This document shows, piece by piece, positions 10,320-24,515 of a stretch of 64,000 nucleotides of DNA. The notes below the pieces were generated by a model that saw only the letters and a list, made by a program, of their open reading frames with translations, did not search any database and was not told the origin of the DNA. Made by a program: the position numbers and the translations under genes. The first letter of the stretch is position 1; each line of letters opens with the position of its first letter. This stretch comes from Mustelus asterias (Eukaryota): assembly GCF_964213995.1 (NCBI RefSeq), contig NW_027590140.1:1054001-1118000 (forward strand). The letters are read 5' to 3'.

Positions 10320-11408
10320 GTCATAAGAACATAATAAGAACATACAAACTAGGAGCAGGAGTAGGCCATCTGGCCCCTGGAGCCTGCTCCGCCATCCTTT
10401 AAGATCGTGGCTGATGTTTCTGTGGACTCAGCTCCACTTACCCGCCCGCTCACCATAACCCTTATTTCCTTTGCTGTTCAAAAATGTATCTATCTTTGCC
10501 TTCAAAACATTAAATGAGGTAGCCTCAACTGCTTCACTGGGCAGGGAATTCCATAGATTCACAACCCTTTGTGTGAAGAAGTCCCTCCGCAGCTCAGTCC
10601 TAAATCGGCCTCCCCTTATTTTGAAGCTATGCCCCTAGTTCTAGTTTCATCTGCCAGTGGAAAGAATTTCCCTGCTTCTATCCTTTCTATTCCCTTCATA
10701 ATCTTATAAGTTTCCATAACATCTCCCCTCATTCTTCTGAATTCAAAAGACTATTGCCACGGTCTACTGAGTCTCTCATCATAAGCCAACCCTCTCAGCT
10801 CCGGAATCAACCTAGTGAATCTCCTCTGCACCCCGTCCAGTGCCAGTATATCCTTTCGCAAGTAAGGAGACCAAAACTGTACACAGTACCCCAGGTATGT
10901 CCTCGCCAGCACCTTATACAGCTGCAACATAATCTCACTGTTTTTAAACTCCATCCCTCTCGCAATGTAGGTCAAAATTCCATTTGCCTTCTTAATTACC
11001 TGCTGCACCTGCAGACCAACTCCTTGAGATTCTGCACAAGGACACCCCTGTCCCTCTGCACAGCAGCATGCTGCAATTTTTTACTGTTTAATAATAGTCC
11101 ATTTTGCTGTTATTCCTACCAAAATGGATGACCTCACATTTACCAACATTGTACTCCATCTGCCAGACCCTCACCCACTTACTTAGATTACCTATATCCT
11201 TTGCAGACTTTCAGCGTCCCCCGCACACTTTGCTCTTCCACCCATCTTAGTGTCATCTGCGAATTTTGACACACTGCATTTGGTCCCCAACTCCAAACCA
11301 TCTATGTAAATCGTAAACAATTGCGGTCACAATGCTGATCCCTAAGGCACACCGCTAGTCACTGATCGCCAACCAGTTACCCCCACTCTTTGCTTTCTGT
11401 TAGTTAAC
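10320..11408 (-). mobile_element. CR1 LINE 3' fragment
   Basis: ORF 10751-11008 KKANGIL...YCVQFWSPYLRKD; aagaacat tail at ~10325. Confidence 0.9.
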
Positions 11409-11409
11409 C

Positions 11410-11738
11410 ATAGAATCATAGAATCGCTAGAGTGCAGAAATAGGCCATTCCGCCCATCGAGCCTGCACCATCAACAATCCCACCCAGGCCCTATCCCCGT
11501 AACCACATGTATTTACCATGCTAGCCGTCCTGACATTAAGGGACAATTAAGAATAGCCAATCAACCTAGCCCGCACATCTTTGGACTGTAGGAAGAAACA
11601 GGAGCGCCCAGAGGAAACCCACACAGACATGGGGAGAACATACAAACTCCACACAGACAGTTAGCCAAGGCCAGAATTGAACTCGGATCTCTGGTGCTGT
11701 GAGGCAGCAGTGCTAATCACTGTGCCACTGTGCCACCC
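11410..11738 (-). mobile_element. HE1-like V-SINE
   Basis: Reverse complement of the SINE at 6810. Confidence 0.85.
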
Positions 11739-11744
11739 AAAATA

Positions 11745-12200
11745 GAGAGGGAGGAGCCGAACTCCAGGCCACAGATTTTGGAGATGAGCATTTTTAGGCA
11801 TAATGTTATTGAAGGCTGCTTGTAGTCAATAAGTAGGAGTCTGATGTAAGTGTCCTTGTTGTCCAGTAGTTCCAGGGTTACGTGTAAGTCCAGGGAGCTT
11901 GTTTCTGCTCTGGACCTGTCCCAGCGATAGGCGAACTGTCACATATTCAGGCAATCTGGGAGACCGGAATTGATGTGTGCCACGAATCACTTTTTGAAGC
12001 ATTTCATAATGATGCATGTCAGAGCTACCGGGCGATGGTCATTAAGGCACGGTGGCAAGCTTTTCGTTGATGTTCGGCTTCTTGAAGCAGGTAAGGAACT
12101 CAGGTCAGTGTAAGGAGAGGCTAAAGGCGCCTGCAAATTCGCCCTCCAGCTGGTCCATGCAGGATCTGAGTGCCCATCCGGGTACCCAGTTCATTTCCAT
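11745..12200 (-). mobile_element. Rex1/Babar RT fragment
   Basis: Minus strand encodes CLNDHRPVALT...LDNKDTYIRLLLIDY-like RT motifs; degenerate. Confidence 0.65.
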
Positions 12201-12692
12201 GGGTTAACACACATGAACCAGTAAGGAGAATAAATGTTTAAGTGATTTGTTTGCCCATGAGGCGTAAATTATGGACCATTGCAGTCGTTGAAGTCAGGTG
12301 GTTTCCAGTGGATTTGTGGAGATGATCTTGTTCAGATCTGCACAACTTTCAAGACATTATGCCTTGTTTGCCTTGGTTATGCACTTTTTGATGAAACACT
12401 TTTTGCTTCCAGCAAGAGAGGTGATTGGTCCTGTTCTTTCTCAGTAAGGTCTTTGATGATTATCACGAACTTTCTTCCTCCTGATCCCTTTGCTTTGCTT
12501 TCCAGAGTATATTGCCGAAAAGGAATTTAATTGCCATCCCTTTCAGTCACTGTTATCCTAATCTGAGTTTCTGACCTTTTATTTCAGAAAGCTTTTCATC
12601 ACCAGCAATTCCTGGCATTGTGTTATTGAATGTCGTAAAATGAATATGTAATCTATGAATGAAACAGATTGACACCCACATCTTGGCTGCTG

Positions 12693-15600
12693 TCAGTTGT
12701 TTTCTTTATTATTCAATCGAATAATAAATGTGACCAGGTATTTCAATGCCCTCTTGAACTGTTGTCTGAACTTGGACTGAGTCACCCCGTATATAAATGT
12801 ATTTGTGCAGCAATTTAATGTCCGCAGCATAAACCCAAATTCTCCAAAGATATATAAGGAATTGTTGTAATTATTGGGATCTATTCCCGAAAAGGTATAA
12901 TATAGAAAATCTACAAAATATGTTAACCACAGAAGGATGAATGTGCCGGATATGGTGAAGAGTAAAATCATCGACTTCCTTCTGCTTTGAATTTCCTGGT
13001 CAGGTTGATTCTCTTCTCTCCTCTGACCCCTCAGTCCTTTACGGAGTCGACTGGCCACTAAAACATATCTGACTGTCAGAGTATTGAGCAATAGAATTAA
13101 AGGGAATGGAAGCAAAGGTGTTAAAACTTTATCAAGCCAGTCCAATCCAACCCATCCAGGCTCGGTATAATAACTTGGAGCATCATTGCAGAACCACGGT
13201 ACATTATTTATTACCTCTCCAGGTTCAAATGTGAAGTAGAAGGGAACATTTTTCAAACAGAGCATGACGGAGGTGGATGCTAGAACCACAGCTGCAGTTT
13301 TCTCAGTGCAATATTTTTCTTTCAGCTTCTGACAGCAAATTGCAACAAAGCGATCAAAGGAAAAAGTGATGGTGAACCAGACGGAGCAGTCTGTGGCTGC
13401 ATTAGTCAGGACGTGGATAGTCCTGCAAATCGGGGTGATGTCCAGGAAAGATCTTACGAAGTAATAAGAACTGATCTCTAACAATATGACATGAGTGACA
13501 ATGACCAGTAGATCTGCGACTGCCATGGCCACCAGGTAACGAGTGGTGCATTTGGAGAGTCCGCACTTCCCTCTGGACAGGATCAGAATGGACACTAAAT
13601 TAACTATAACAAAGGAGGGAAATGCATTAAAATTATTTATCGAAAATTTTTCACCCAAAACGCAGCCAGCCCGGGCTATATTGCAGCAGCAACAATGAAT
13701 GCGTCGGTATCTGAAAGATGTGCTGGTTAGGTGCATTGACCAGAACAGGCACCCGAATGTGGCGACTAAGAGAATTTCAAAGTAACTTCATTGCAGCGCT
13801 AATGTAAGCCTTACTTGTGACTAATATATAAACTTTACTTTATTTTCTGTTCACACTTTGAAGAACGCTTAACATGACCACTCTTTGCTTCCAACTTGTT
13901 CACTTCCACGTTCATCATATCCGGGACAATCACAAAGCAGCAGACATCACAGGACGTGTCTCAGCTTGGTAAATGTTTCAACCACGCCAGTAGCCTCTGG
14001 CTGAATCTTGCTAGCTTGTTTTCTCTTGGCATATCAGAATTACCGAGCCTCAGGAATTCTGGATGACAAGACGACGGGATGGCGGAGTATTTCCAAATAA
14101 ACAATTGCTTTTACTGAACTGCTTATTAGCTAGCATCAACAAGAATATTTCCACTGCCTCTTAAAACTATGAACTCCAGATTTTCCTCAGGCAAATTTAC
14201 CCGCATTGGGAGACTGGACGACATTCTGGGTCCGTTTTGAGTTGCTGGATTAGACCTCCTTGGTACTGCAGCCCGTTTCGCTGCCCTTAATCACTGAACT
14301 GAAGCCTAACGTCTCAGTTCAGTGACATAAACAGAAAATACTGGAAAATCTCCGGTAGCGTCTGTGGAGAAAGAACTGAACGCTGACAAATGTCATCCAT
14401 ACTCGAAACGTTGGCTCCGTTCCCTCTCCACAAACGCTGTCCGACCTGCTGGATTTTTTCGGAATTTTCTGTTTTGGGTTCAAATTCCAGCATTCACAGT
14501 ATTTTGCTTTTCTCCCAGTTCGGTGACCTTGCGTGCAGCGGACCTGCAGGGACAAACATGGCACAGGTGGATTTACAACTATACAGCTTGTGTTGAGATT
14601 TTGGCGACTGAAGCTCTGAAAAATGTTCATCCACCGCCTCCCTCCCAACCCCTCCGTAAACTATCCCTAGTGAAATAAATCCTGGTATCAATCCAAGGAC
14701 AAAATTGAGAAATTGGGACAATTGTACCAAAAAAGTAGACAATACTGAAATCTGTAAAAAGGCCAGGCAGCATCTGTGAACAGGGAAAGAATGGTAACGT
14801 CTTACCTCGAAAATCATTCATAATAAATGGACGATATGATACATGAGCAAGCTTAAAACAAAGATTGGGAAGTTTAGTGGTGCAGTGTTGGTGCCCTTGT
14901 CTCAGAGGCTGGGCTTCAAGTTCCAAACTTGAAACCAAGACCTAATGGTCATAAAGTCATAGATTCAATATGTTTACAGTGTGGAAGCAGGCTCTTCTGT
15001 CCAACTTGCCCATGCCGCCCCTTTTTTGACGTCTAAGCAAATCCCAATTGACCGCATTTGGCCCATATCCCTCAATATCCATCTCACCCATGTAAGTTTC
15101 TAAATGCTTTTAAAAGACAAAATTGTACCCGCCTGTACTACTTCTTCAGACAACTTGTTCCAGACACTCACCAACCTCTGTGTGAAACAAATGCCCCTCT
15201 AGACTCTTTTGTTCTCTCCTCTCTCACCTTAAAGCTTATGTCCTCTAGTTTTAGACTCCCCTACCATTCGGAAAAAATGTTGACTATCGAGCTTATCTAG
15301 GCCCCTCATTATTTATATAGACCTCTACAAGATCACCACTAAGCCTCCCACGCACCAGCGAAAAAAGTCCCAGTCTATTGAAACTCTCTTTATAACTCAA
15401 ACCATCAAGTCCCGGTAGCACCGTAGCAAATCTCTTCCGAACTCTCTCTAGTTTATTAATATCCGTTCTACAATCGGGTGGCCAAACTGTGCGTTGTATT
15501 CCAAGTGTGGCCTGACCAATGTCTTGTGCAACTTCAACAAGACGTCCCAACTCCTGTATTCAATGTTCTGACCAATGGAACCAAGCATGCCGAATGCCTT

Positions 15601-18600
15601 CTTCACCACTCTGTCCACCTGTGACTCAATTTTCAAGGAGCTATGAACCTGTACCCCTAGATCTCTTTGTTATTTCACTCTCCCCAACGCCATACCATTA
15701 ACTGAGTAAGTCCTGCTCTGGTTTGATCTACCAAAATACATCAACTCGCATTTATCTAAATTAAACTCCATCTGCCATTCGTCAGCCCACTGGCCCAATT
15801 GATCAAGATCCCGTTGCAATCCTAGATAACCTTCTTCACTGTCCACTATGCCACTAATCTTGGTGTCATCTGCAAACTTACTAACTGTGCCTCCTATATT
15901 CTCATCCAAGTCATTACTATAAATAACAAATAACGGTGGACCCAGAACAGATACCTGAGGCACACCGCTGGTCACAGGCCTCCAGTTTGAAAAACAACCC
16001 TCCACAGCTACCCTCTGTCTTTTGTCATCAAGGCAATTGTGTATCTATTTGGCTACCTCACCCTGTATCCTGTGAGATTTAATCTTATGCAACAACCTAC
16101 CATGTGGTGCCTTGTCAAAGGCCTTGCTAAATTCCATGTATGCAACATCAACTGCACTGCCCTCATCTACCTTCTTGATTACCCCTTCAAAAAACTCACT
16201 CAAGGAGTTGAGTTAATGGAACAGCCAAACACACTGACCAAATCCTTCAAAACTATGAAAATGATAGGTGGTAAGTTTAGCAATAATTCCTGGTCAGCCA
16301 TGTGATGTAAATGGAAAGGGACACCTATCTTCTCCATTCCATAAATCGAGTCTCAAAATGCATGTGAAAGTGAATATTACCACAGTAATGTAGGCTCGTT
16401 GAGGAGCTGATTTCGGTACTTGGCCAGTTTGGATCAGATTGGTGTCAGCAGCACGGGGTTCGTTCATCATTCATCGATAGATCATAGATAGCCTACAGTG
16501 AAGAAAGAGGCCATTTGGCCCATCGATTCTGCACTGACCACGCTCCCACCCAGGCCCTACCCCCATATCCGTACATATCTATCCACTAATCCCTCTAACT
16601 ACACATCTCAGGACACTCGGGGCAATTTTTGCATGGCCAACCAACCTAACCCGCACATCTTTGGACTGTGGGAGGAAACCGGAGCACCCGAAGGAAACCC
16701 AGGCAGACATGAGGAGAATGTGCAAACACCACACAGACAGTGACCTAAGCCGGGAATCGAACCCAGGTCCCTGAAGCTGTAAAGCAGCAGTGCTAACCAC
16801 TGTGCTACCGTGCCGGCTGGGATGAATTCGGGACGTGCCTCCTTGACCTAGCCGTGGTTAAGATGTTGGCGTTGTGGTTCAGACCTACCTTTCGCTAGTG
16901 AACTGAAAAGGAAAACAATGTGAGTGGAGTAGGAGACCTGGCTATAGCGGGAGGAAAGAAAATGGACGAAGATGATGCGATGATTTGAAAGTCAGGAATC
17001 ATTTAGTAATGAAAGTGATACAAGGTGAAAGAGAGAATTAAAGAATGGAGAGATGGTCCCAAGGAGGGCCAATCTTCTACAAAAAAACAGAGCGCCAGAC
17101 GGAAAGTTCGAAAGGAATTGTCAGAAATGTGACACAGATATACGTGGGGTAACGACCAGAGAATACAGGGTGCATCAATCGGAGATCCCCAGCAAAAATA
17201 CCAATCCTACTCCCACACTTGCACTCTCTCTCGTGCACCCATCTTCCAGTCGAAGCGTATGTTTTTCTGCGATATCTGAGCGATGGCCATGATGCCCAAC
17301 ATAATTTGATCTCATTGTTAACTCTGGCAGGTAAAAAAGATAAATCTCGCGTTGCTGCATTCTCTCTCCACAGATACTGTCAGACCTGCTGAGATTTTCC
17401 AGCAATTTCCGAAGGGATTACGGAGACACCTTAACCACAGAGTGGTGAGAATGTGGATGTCGCGAACATTTAATGAGAAGATATATAAGGTAATTAAGCA
17501 GAAAAGAAAAACGCAGAAGCTTAAACACAGATAGTCTTGGGTGAAGCTAAAGGGTGTTTAGCAAGACAATAAGCATAAACCAACTGTCCTGTATTATTTT
17601 TGAAATTCAATGTAACATGTTTGGTGATACATCAGAATGATTTGCCCTTTCATAATATTACAGATATCTTTGAAACATGGTAAATAAGGGCAGGAGTTCA
17701 GTTCGGCAAGGTTATTCGACTATTCAAATAGATCATAGTAGATCCTGCATCCACTGTGCCATTCCGCCCATTATCCCCATATACCTCATATAATTAGTAT
17801 CCGGAGGTACGTTGAATTCTGTTTTTAACATGGTCAGTCATTAAGCTTCCACTGACCTCTTGGGTAAAAGAGTTCCAAATAGGAATTAACTTTGTTGATT
17901 TGTAAATTTATTAAGTCGTTAAAGTCTTTGCTGTGTATCAATGTTTTTAGTTACTGTCGCTGAACAGATCACTGCATTAGCAGAACTGGAAATGGATATC
18001 CCTCAGTTGCGTAGATAACTCTTTGCAGCTCTACATGTAAGTGAAATAATGCTGATGTAGACACCGAGTCATATGTAGCCCGGTTTCTGATAAAGTTACC
18101 AGTTAAACAGTGGAATAAAATAACTTCAACATTCACCGTGTTAAAGAGCAAGATAATAATAAAGAAAAAAAACAGAACTCATGAGAGATCTGGACAGTAT
18201 CCAGCTTGGACTGACAAGTGGCAAATAACATTCGTACCACAGAAATGCCAGGCAATGGTCATTCAGTAAGGCATTTGACAAAGTCCCACATGGCAGGTTG
18301 GTTAAGAAGCTTAAGGCTCATGGGATACAAGGAGAAGGGGCTAGATGGGTGGAAAACTGGATTGGCCATAGGAGACAGAGGGTTGTGGTCAAAGGGTCTT
18401 TTTCCGGCTGGAGGTCTGTGACCAGTGGTGCTCCGCAGGGCTCTGTACTGGGGCCTCTGCTATTTGTGATATATATAAATGATTTGGAAGAAGATGTAAC
18501 TGGTGTAATCAGCAAGTTTGCGGATGACACGAAGATGGCTGGACTTGCGGATAGCGAAGAGCATTGTCGGGCAATACAGCAGGATATAGATAGGCTGGAA

Positions 18601-21406
18601 AATTGGGCGGAGAGGTGGCAGATGGAGTTTAATCCGGATAAATGCGAAGTGATGCATTTTGGAAGAAATAATGTAGGGAGGAATTATACAATAAATGGCA
18701 GAGTCATCAGGAGTATAGAAACACAGAGTGCAAGTCCACAAATCCTTGAAGATGGCAACACAGGTGGAGAAGGTGGTGAAGAAGGCATATGGTATGCTTG
18801 CCTTTATAGGATGGGGTATAGAGTATAAAAGCTGGAGTCTGATGATGCAGCTGCATAGTACGCTGGTTAGGCCACATTTGGAGTACTGCGTCCAGTTCTG
18901 GTCGCCGCACTACCAGACGGACGTGGAGGCGTTCGGGAGAGTGCAGAGAAGGTTTACCAGGATGTTGCCTGGTATGGAGGGTCTTAGCTATGAGGAGAGA
19001 TTGGGTAAACTGGGGTTGTTCTCCCTGGAAAGACGGAGAATGAGGGGAGATCTAATAGAGGTGTACAAGATTATGAAGGGTATAGATAGGGTGAACAGTG
19101 GGAAGCTTTTTCCCAGGTCGGAGGTGACGATCACGAGGGGTCACGGGCTCAAGGTGAGAGGGGCGAAGTATAACGTAGATATCAGAGGGACGTTTTTTAC
19201 ACAGAGGGTGGTGGTGGTGGGGGCCTGGAATGCGCTGCCAAGTAGGGTGGTGGAGGCAGGCACGCTGACATCGTTTAAGACTTACCTGGATAGTCACATG
19301 AGCAGCCTGGGAATGGAGGGATACAAACGATTTGTCTAGTTGGGCCAATGAGCGGCACAGGCTTGGAGGGCCGAAGGGCCTGTTTCCTGTGCTGTACTGT
19401 TCTTTGTTCTTTGTTCTTGTTCATCACCAATAGGAGATACGCTAACAGCCGCCCCTTGACATTCATTAGCGTTCCCATCAGTGAATGCCCCAGTGTCAAC
19501 ATCCTTAGGGTTGTCCTTGATCAGAAATTCAATTATATTTGCCACATAAACACAGTGGCTTCAAGAGCAAGTCAGAGCCGAGGAATATTGCAGTGAGTAA
19601 CTCACCTCCTGACTCCCCAAAACCTGTCCACCATCTACAAGGCACAAGTCAGGGGTGTGATGGAACAGTAGCCACATATCTGGATGGGTGCAGCTCCAAG
19701 AACAGTCAAGAAGCTTGATCCCATCCAGGAAAAAACAGCCCACTTGACTGGCACCACGTCCACAAATATCCACGCCCTCCACCATCGACGCTCACTGGTA
19801 GCAGTGTCCACTTTCTACAAGATGCACTGAAGCAATTCACCGAACATCCTTATACAGCACCTCCGAACACACGACCACTTCCTCCTAGAAGGACAAGGAA
19901 AGAGGATTCATGGGAAACCGTCACTTGCAAGTCCTCCTCCAAGCCACTCACCATACTGACTTGGAAATGTGTCACTGTTCCTTCGCAGTCGCTGGCTCAA
20001 AATCCTGAAATTCCTTCCCGAACGGCATGGATCAACCCACAGAACATGGATCGCAGCGTTTCAAGAAGGCAGCTCGCCACCATCTTCTCAAGGTCATCTA
20101 GTGATGGGAAATAAATGCTCGCGACACCGATGTCCCATGAATGCATAATAAATAACACAGGTTCTCGGGACTGTGTTAGGGCAGGGGGATCCATCAGCGC
20201 CAGAAGACACGGGCAATATAAATATCTATTGCAAGCAATGTCATTATTCACTGAATTTGAATACCACTCTCCCAATTACCTTTTAGTAAACTTGAACCTC
20301 GGATGGGGCAGTTCCGTGTGAAACGGGACAATATCATTGCCTTTCACTCGTTCGACTTATGACCAAATATCAACCAGCAGCAAAATATCTTCACTTTTTA
20401 CAATCAAATAACTTCAGGGAAGCATGAAAGGAGCCCCATGCAGTTAGGAGAGTAGCCAGGTAATAGAATAATTGCAAAATAGGACCGGCTTGTTCCACCC
20501 CATTTTGAAGCTGATGTTCAGCAAAATTAAAATTGAAAGTATTGTGTGGCCACTGGGATCAGTCGTTAATCTTCGATTCCAGATGGAGAGTCACTGTAAT
20601 AACAAATGAGAGATACTCTCAGGTACACTCTGGTACTCTCAGGTCTCTGGTTTCAGCTTTTCTAATCAGTTTGGCGACCCACAGTCAGTAAAATTCTGCA
20701 TGAACGGATGGATACTCCGAGTAATACCGGGCAATCGGACCACTTCTTCCACTCTGCTTAATGACACATACTTCATGCCACATGTTCCATGTAATACATC
20801 TTTTCCGAGTGACATGTTCCAATCTGCTAGCTACCCAATTTAGTGGAATTCTGCTCTGACAAACACATGTAAGGATACATTGACACTGGTGCCTGTGCTT
20901 TTCTTCCGCCAGTGCCCGAGACTAGGTGCGTACTACAGCGATGGAAAGTTTCATTTAGACATGCTCTCTGGAGCAAATTGTTTAACTTCAGTTATTGACC
21001 CAAACTCAGTCAGTATAAACACTGAATTATACTTCCAAATGTTTTCAGGCTTTCCTCTCTGCTTAATGACCCAGACTTGTTAAACTTCTTTAATTGCAGA
21101 CACCCCCACTAATATCTTGGATGAGACAGGCAACTGCACTGCTGTCTGGTTGAACGGCATACCATGTTCCTCTAGAAGCAAAACATTGCTAATTCAGCGA
21201 GCCTTGGAGATAGACGGACTGGCATTACATAAAATGGATAATTCTGGACTTCTGACCGAACTATCTGCTATTAGTAATCGGGCGTCCGTATAAGATATCA
21301 CTCCAGATTTGGACAGCTACAGTGGTTATTGTTACTTACCAGGAATACCAACGACAGCAAGGAACGTGTAGTACCATTTCTTGATCATGGAAAAAGGTTC
21401 CATCAT
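12693..21406 (-). CDS. GPR139-like (shark-expanded) orphan class A GPCR, 2 exons: 21406-21340 and 13603-12693; 325 aa
   Basis: Exon 1 MMEPFSMIKKWYYTFLAVVGIP G|GTAAGT splices in phase 1 to ttgttatAG|(V)NLVSILILSRGKCGLSKCTTRYLVAMAVADLL. Seven hydrophobic segments with FSFDRF and NTFIY; TGA at 12693. Confidence 0.9.
14330..14512. mobile_element. Short Penelope-derived fold-back element
   Basis: cagaaaatactggaaaatctc... pairs with ...ttttttcggaattttctg; internal ctgacaa...ctcgaaacgtt motif shared with the copies at 27214 and 54030. Confidence 0.6.
14950..16200 (-). mobile_element. CR1 LINE 3' fragment (intronic)
   Basis: TSGVPQVSVLGP, KFADDTK, LVRPHLEY ORF fragments. Confidence 0.9.
16470..16815 (-). 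mobile_element. HE1-like V-SINE
   Basis: V-domain and tRNA-like head on the minus strand. Confidence 0.85.
18180..20150 (+). mobile_element. L2/CR1-superfamily LINE fragment with a nested younger CR1 (18262-19420)
   Basis: Outer element ...gtggcaaataacattc... resumes at ~19421 (LSTIYKAQVR..., tail aataaatgct...cccatgaatg). Inner CR1 has KAFDKVPH, SVLGPLLF, KFADDTK. Confidence 0.85.
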
Positions 21407-21744
21407 TTTCAATGGGGAGAGTTCTGCCGCTCCGTCTTTAAGGCAGTCTCTCAGAAATAAAATTCGAGGGATCACAACCGCGTATTTTTATGGCCGCTGC
21501 GATCTCAGTGGGGATGTGGGTTTTGCAACATTTAACAAACAAATTAAGACAGGGAATTAATTCCCTGTTGAAACAGGATACATTTAGTTTTGAGTTTGAA
21601 ATGAAGAACCCCAAGGACCAGGCAGTTCTGAGCGCATTAATTAACAAATGAAAATTCGAAGCTGTAATCATCCAGGAATGAGATATTCTTTCTGCAAACG
21701 CTATCAGGTCAACGTCTAGACTTCATGTCCGTTCGTCTTGCATA

Positions 21745-22375
21745 CCCAGGGACCTGGTGTGCAAGTCCACAGACCCTTGAAGGTGACGTCACAGGTGGAG
21801 AAGGTGGTGAAGCAGGCATATGGCATGCTTGCCTTTATAGGACGGGGCATAGAGTATAAAAGTTGGGGTCGCCACACTACCAGAAGGACGTGGAGGCTTT
21901 GGAGAGGATACAGAGGAGGTTTAACAGGATGTTGCCTGGTATGGAGGGGCTTAGTTATGAGGAGAGATTGGGCAAACTGGGGTTGTTCTCCCTGGAAAGA
22001 CGGAGGATGAGGGGAGACTTAATAGAGGTGTATAAAATTATGACAGGCATAGATATGGTGAACGGTGGGAAGCTTTTCCCCAGGTCGGTGGTGACGTTCA
22101 CGAGGGGTCATAGGTTCAAGGTGAAGGGGGGAGGTTTAACACAGATATCAGAAGGACATATTTTACACAGAGGGTGGTGGGGGCCTGGAATGCGCTGCCA
22201 GGCAAGGTGGTGGAGGCGGACACACTGGGAACGTTTAAGACTTATCTAGATAGCCACATGAACGGAGTGGGAATGGAGGGATACAAAAGAATGGTCTAGT
22301 TTGGACCAGGGAGCGGCACGGGCTTGGAGGGCAGAAGGGCCTGTTTCCGCGCTGTATTGTTCTTTGTTCTTTGTC
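21745..22375 (+). mobile_element. CR1 LINE 3' fragment
   Basis: ORF 21863-22249 (MRGDLIEVYKIM); (ttctttg)n tail. Confidence 0.9.
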
Positions 22376-22829
22376 AACAGTGACCATTCTGTAACTAACT
22401 TTCAGCTTCTGAAGGAAATTTCTGTCATGTCTGCTTCCCTTAACTGTGAACATCCAGTTTAAACTATCTGAGCGTGAACTCAGTCCCTCAGTGAACACAG
22501 TGAATGTTTTCAGATATAATATCCAGTGACCTGCAAGTGTCTTGACGAGCTTTCTTCTTACCCCGTAGTGCAGTACACTGTCTGGGCTGATTGAATGGCG
22601 CAGGATGGTGTTAGAGCTCCGCTGTTCCTACTATTACCATTTTGCTAAGTTTAAACTGGACGCCTCAGCAAAGGGAAGCGGTTAGTGGGATTGCCGGTGG
22701 CTATGTTGCCAACGGCTCTTTCCCTATAATTTCACGTTGACAAAAGCGATCATTGCGCTTCTGTTGCGATATCTAAAAAATAATAAACTTTTCGGGCAGA
22801 AGGCAGAGTTCTTTTTTAAAATATTCATT

Positions 22830-23130
22830 CATGGCATGTGGGCGTGCCCATTCCTGAGGGCATTTAAGGGTCAACCACATTGTTATGGCTCTGGAGTTAC
22901 ATCCAGGTCGAGGCAAGGAATGCACATTTGCTTCTCTAAGGAACATCAGTGTATCAGAACGGTTTTCACCACAATCAACAACGGTTTCATGATCATCATT
23001 AGTCTTTTGATTGCAAGTAATGAATTCAAATTTCACCATCTGCCGTGTGGTTTGCGAAACCCAATTCTCAGAATATTCTGCTGTGCCTCTGGATTACTAG
23101 TCCAGCTGCAATATCACTACGCCACCACCA
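22830..23130 (-). mobile_element. Deu-domain SINE (SacSINE1-like)
   Basis: Minus strand gtggcgtagtg...ctggactagtaatccagagg...atgtggttgac; similar copies at 38670-39010, 56150-56350 and 57480-57770. Confidence 0.7.
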
Positions 23131-23702
23131 TAAAGTTGCGAGGGTAACCACAAACAAGTGCAAATAATTATCAAATAAGAACCAGGGCTGTGATCACATC
23201 ATTGCAGGGAAATAACATACAGCTGATTGTGCACACCTTCTTTGTTTATCAATGGTTTTCAGTCAATCCCATGCTCCAAGCATTCCCAGGACCCCTGGAA
23301 AATAACCCATTCGTTCCTTCACCGTCCCTTCCGGCAAACCCCTACTCCCGACTTCAAAACTCCCATTTAAACGCAGAAGATATAACAGCTGCCGTTTAGA
23401 CCATTAGGCATTAAAATATAGGAGCAGAAGTAGGCCATTCGGCCCATTGAGCCTGCTCCACCATTCGACCATGACTGATACGTTTCTCTATCCCATTCTC
23501 CCGCCCTTTGCTCATAACCTTTGATCCAATTACCAACCAAGAACCTATCTATCTCGGTGTTAAATACACTCAATTACCTGTCTTCCACAGCCTCCTGTGG
23601 CAATGAGATCCACAGATTCTTCCTTCACTTTTTTCCCTGCACTTGTTTCCTACACATTTGGAACGTAGCTGTGAGGCCCAATGGGGCGCGATGCTGTCAC
23701 TT

Positions 23703-23774
23703 GTTTCTGTAATGTAGTGGTTACCAAGTTCGCCTAACGTGTGAGAGAGCCCCGGTTCAAACCGGGCAACAACA
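23703..23774 (+). tRNA. tRNA-Val(AAC) pseudogene
   Basis: GTTTCTGTAATGTAGTGGTTACCAAGTTCGCCTAACGTG...CCCGGTTCAAACCGGGC. Confidence 0.75.
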
Positions 23775-24419
23775 TTACTTCAGATTTCACAAGTAGTGTG
23801 AGGGAAATCTATATGATTTCAGTTTGTTGCTGAACATTATCCGCATCTCGATGTAACAGCTGTACTATCTTTGCTCTGACCTCGGCCTCAAAAGCTTTCT
23901 ATTCAATTGGAAGTGGTGATTTCTTTGACGCACTGACAGGAAAGAAACGTTTATACTTTGACAACATGCACACATAAATTTTCATTTTATTTGATTTATT
24001 ATTTTCACATGTATTAGCATACAGTGAAAAGTATTGTTTCCAACGCACTATACCGACAAAGCACATCGTTCATAGAGAAGCAAACGAGAGAGTGCAGAAC
24101 GTAATATCTCGTTCAGTGTGCAACAGAAATTAATGGGGCTATAGGTACAGACTAACATAGTTAATCACCATCTGAAACATCTCTAAATCTAGTGTGTGCT
24201 GAAAAATACTGGCACTGTAAGTGAACAAGAGGAAATGGCACACATTTTCCAGAAGAATCTTTTTTTTTTAAATCGTTCTTTATAACAAACAAATGGGAAA
24301 AAACACTCAGACTCAGACTCAGTGCAGATCCACTGGACTTTCCGATAGGTCGGCGGAAATTAGGCAAGGAATGTTTCACACAGAATAAAAAAAGTTCAAG
24401 TATAACGAATGGATAATAC

Positions 24420-24515
24420 GTCTCACAACACCAGGTTAAAGTCGAACAGGTTTATTTGTAGCACAAGCATCCGGAGCGCTGCTCCTTCATCAATCCAACA
24501 CCGGCATCTCCACAT
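24420..24515. mobile_element. 96-bp Penelope pLTR remnant with perfect 12-bp TSD
   Basis: AATGGATAATAC at 24408-24419 and 24516-24527; the insert matches pLTR sequence at 4440-4520 plus an inverted terminus. Confidence 0.85.

Noticed and set aside
13604-13736. N-terminal extension MHLTSTSFRYRRIHCCCC... of the GPCR ORF
   Set aside because: Intronic read-through; there is a strong acceptor at 13604 and a matching exon 1 at 21340-21406.
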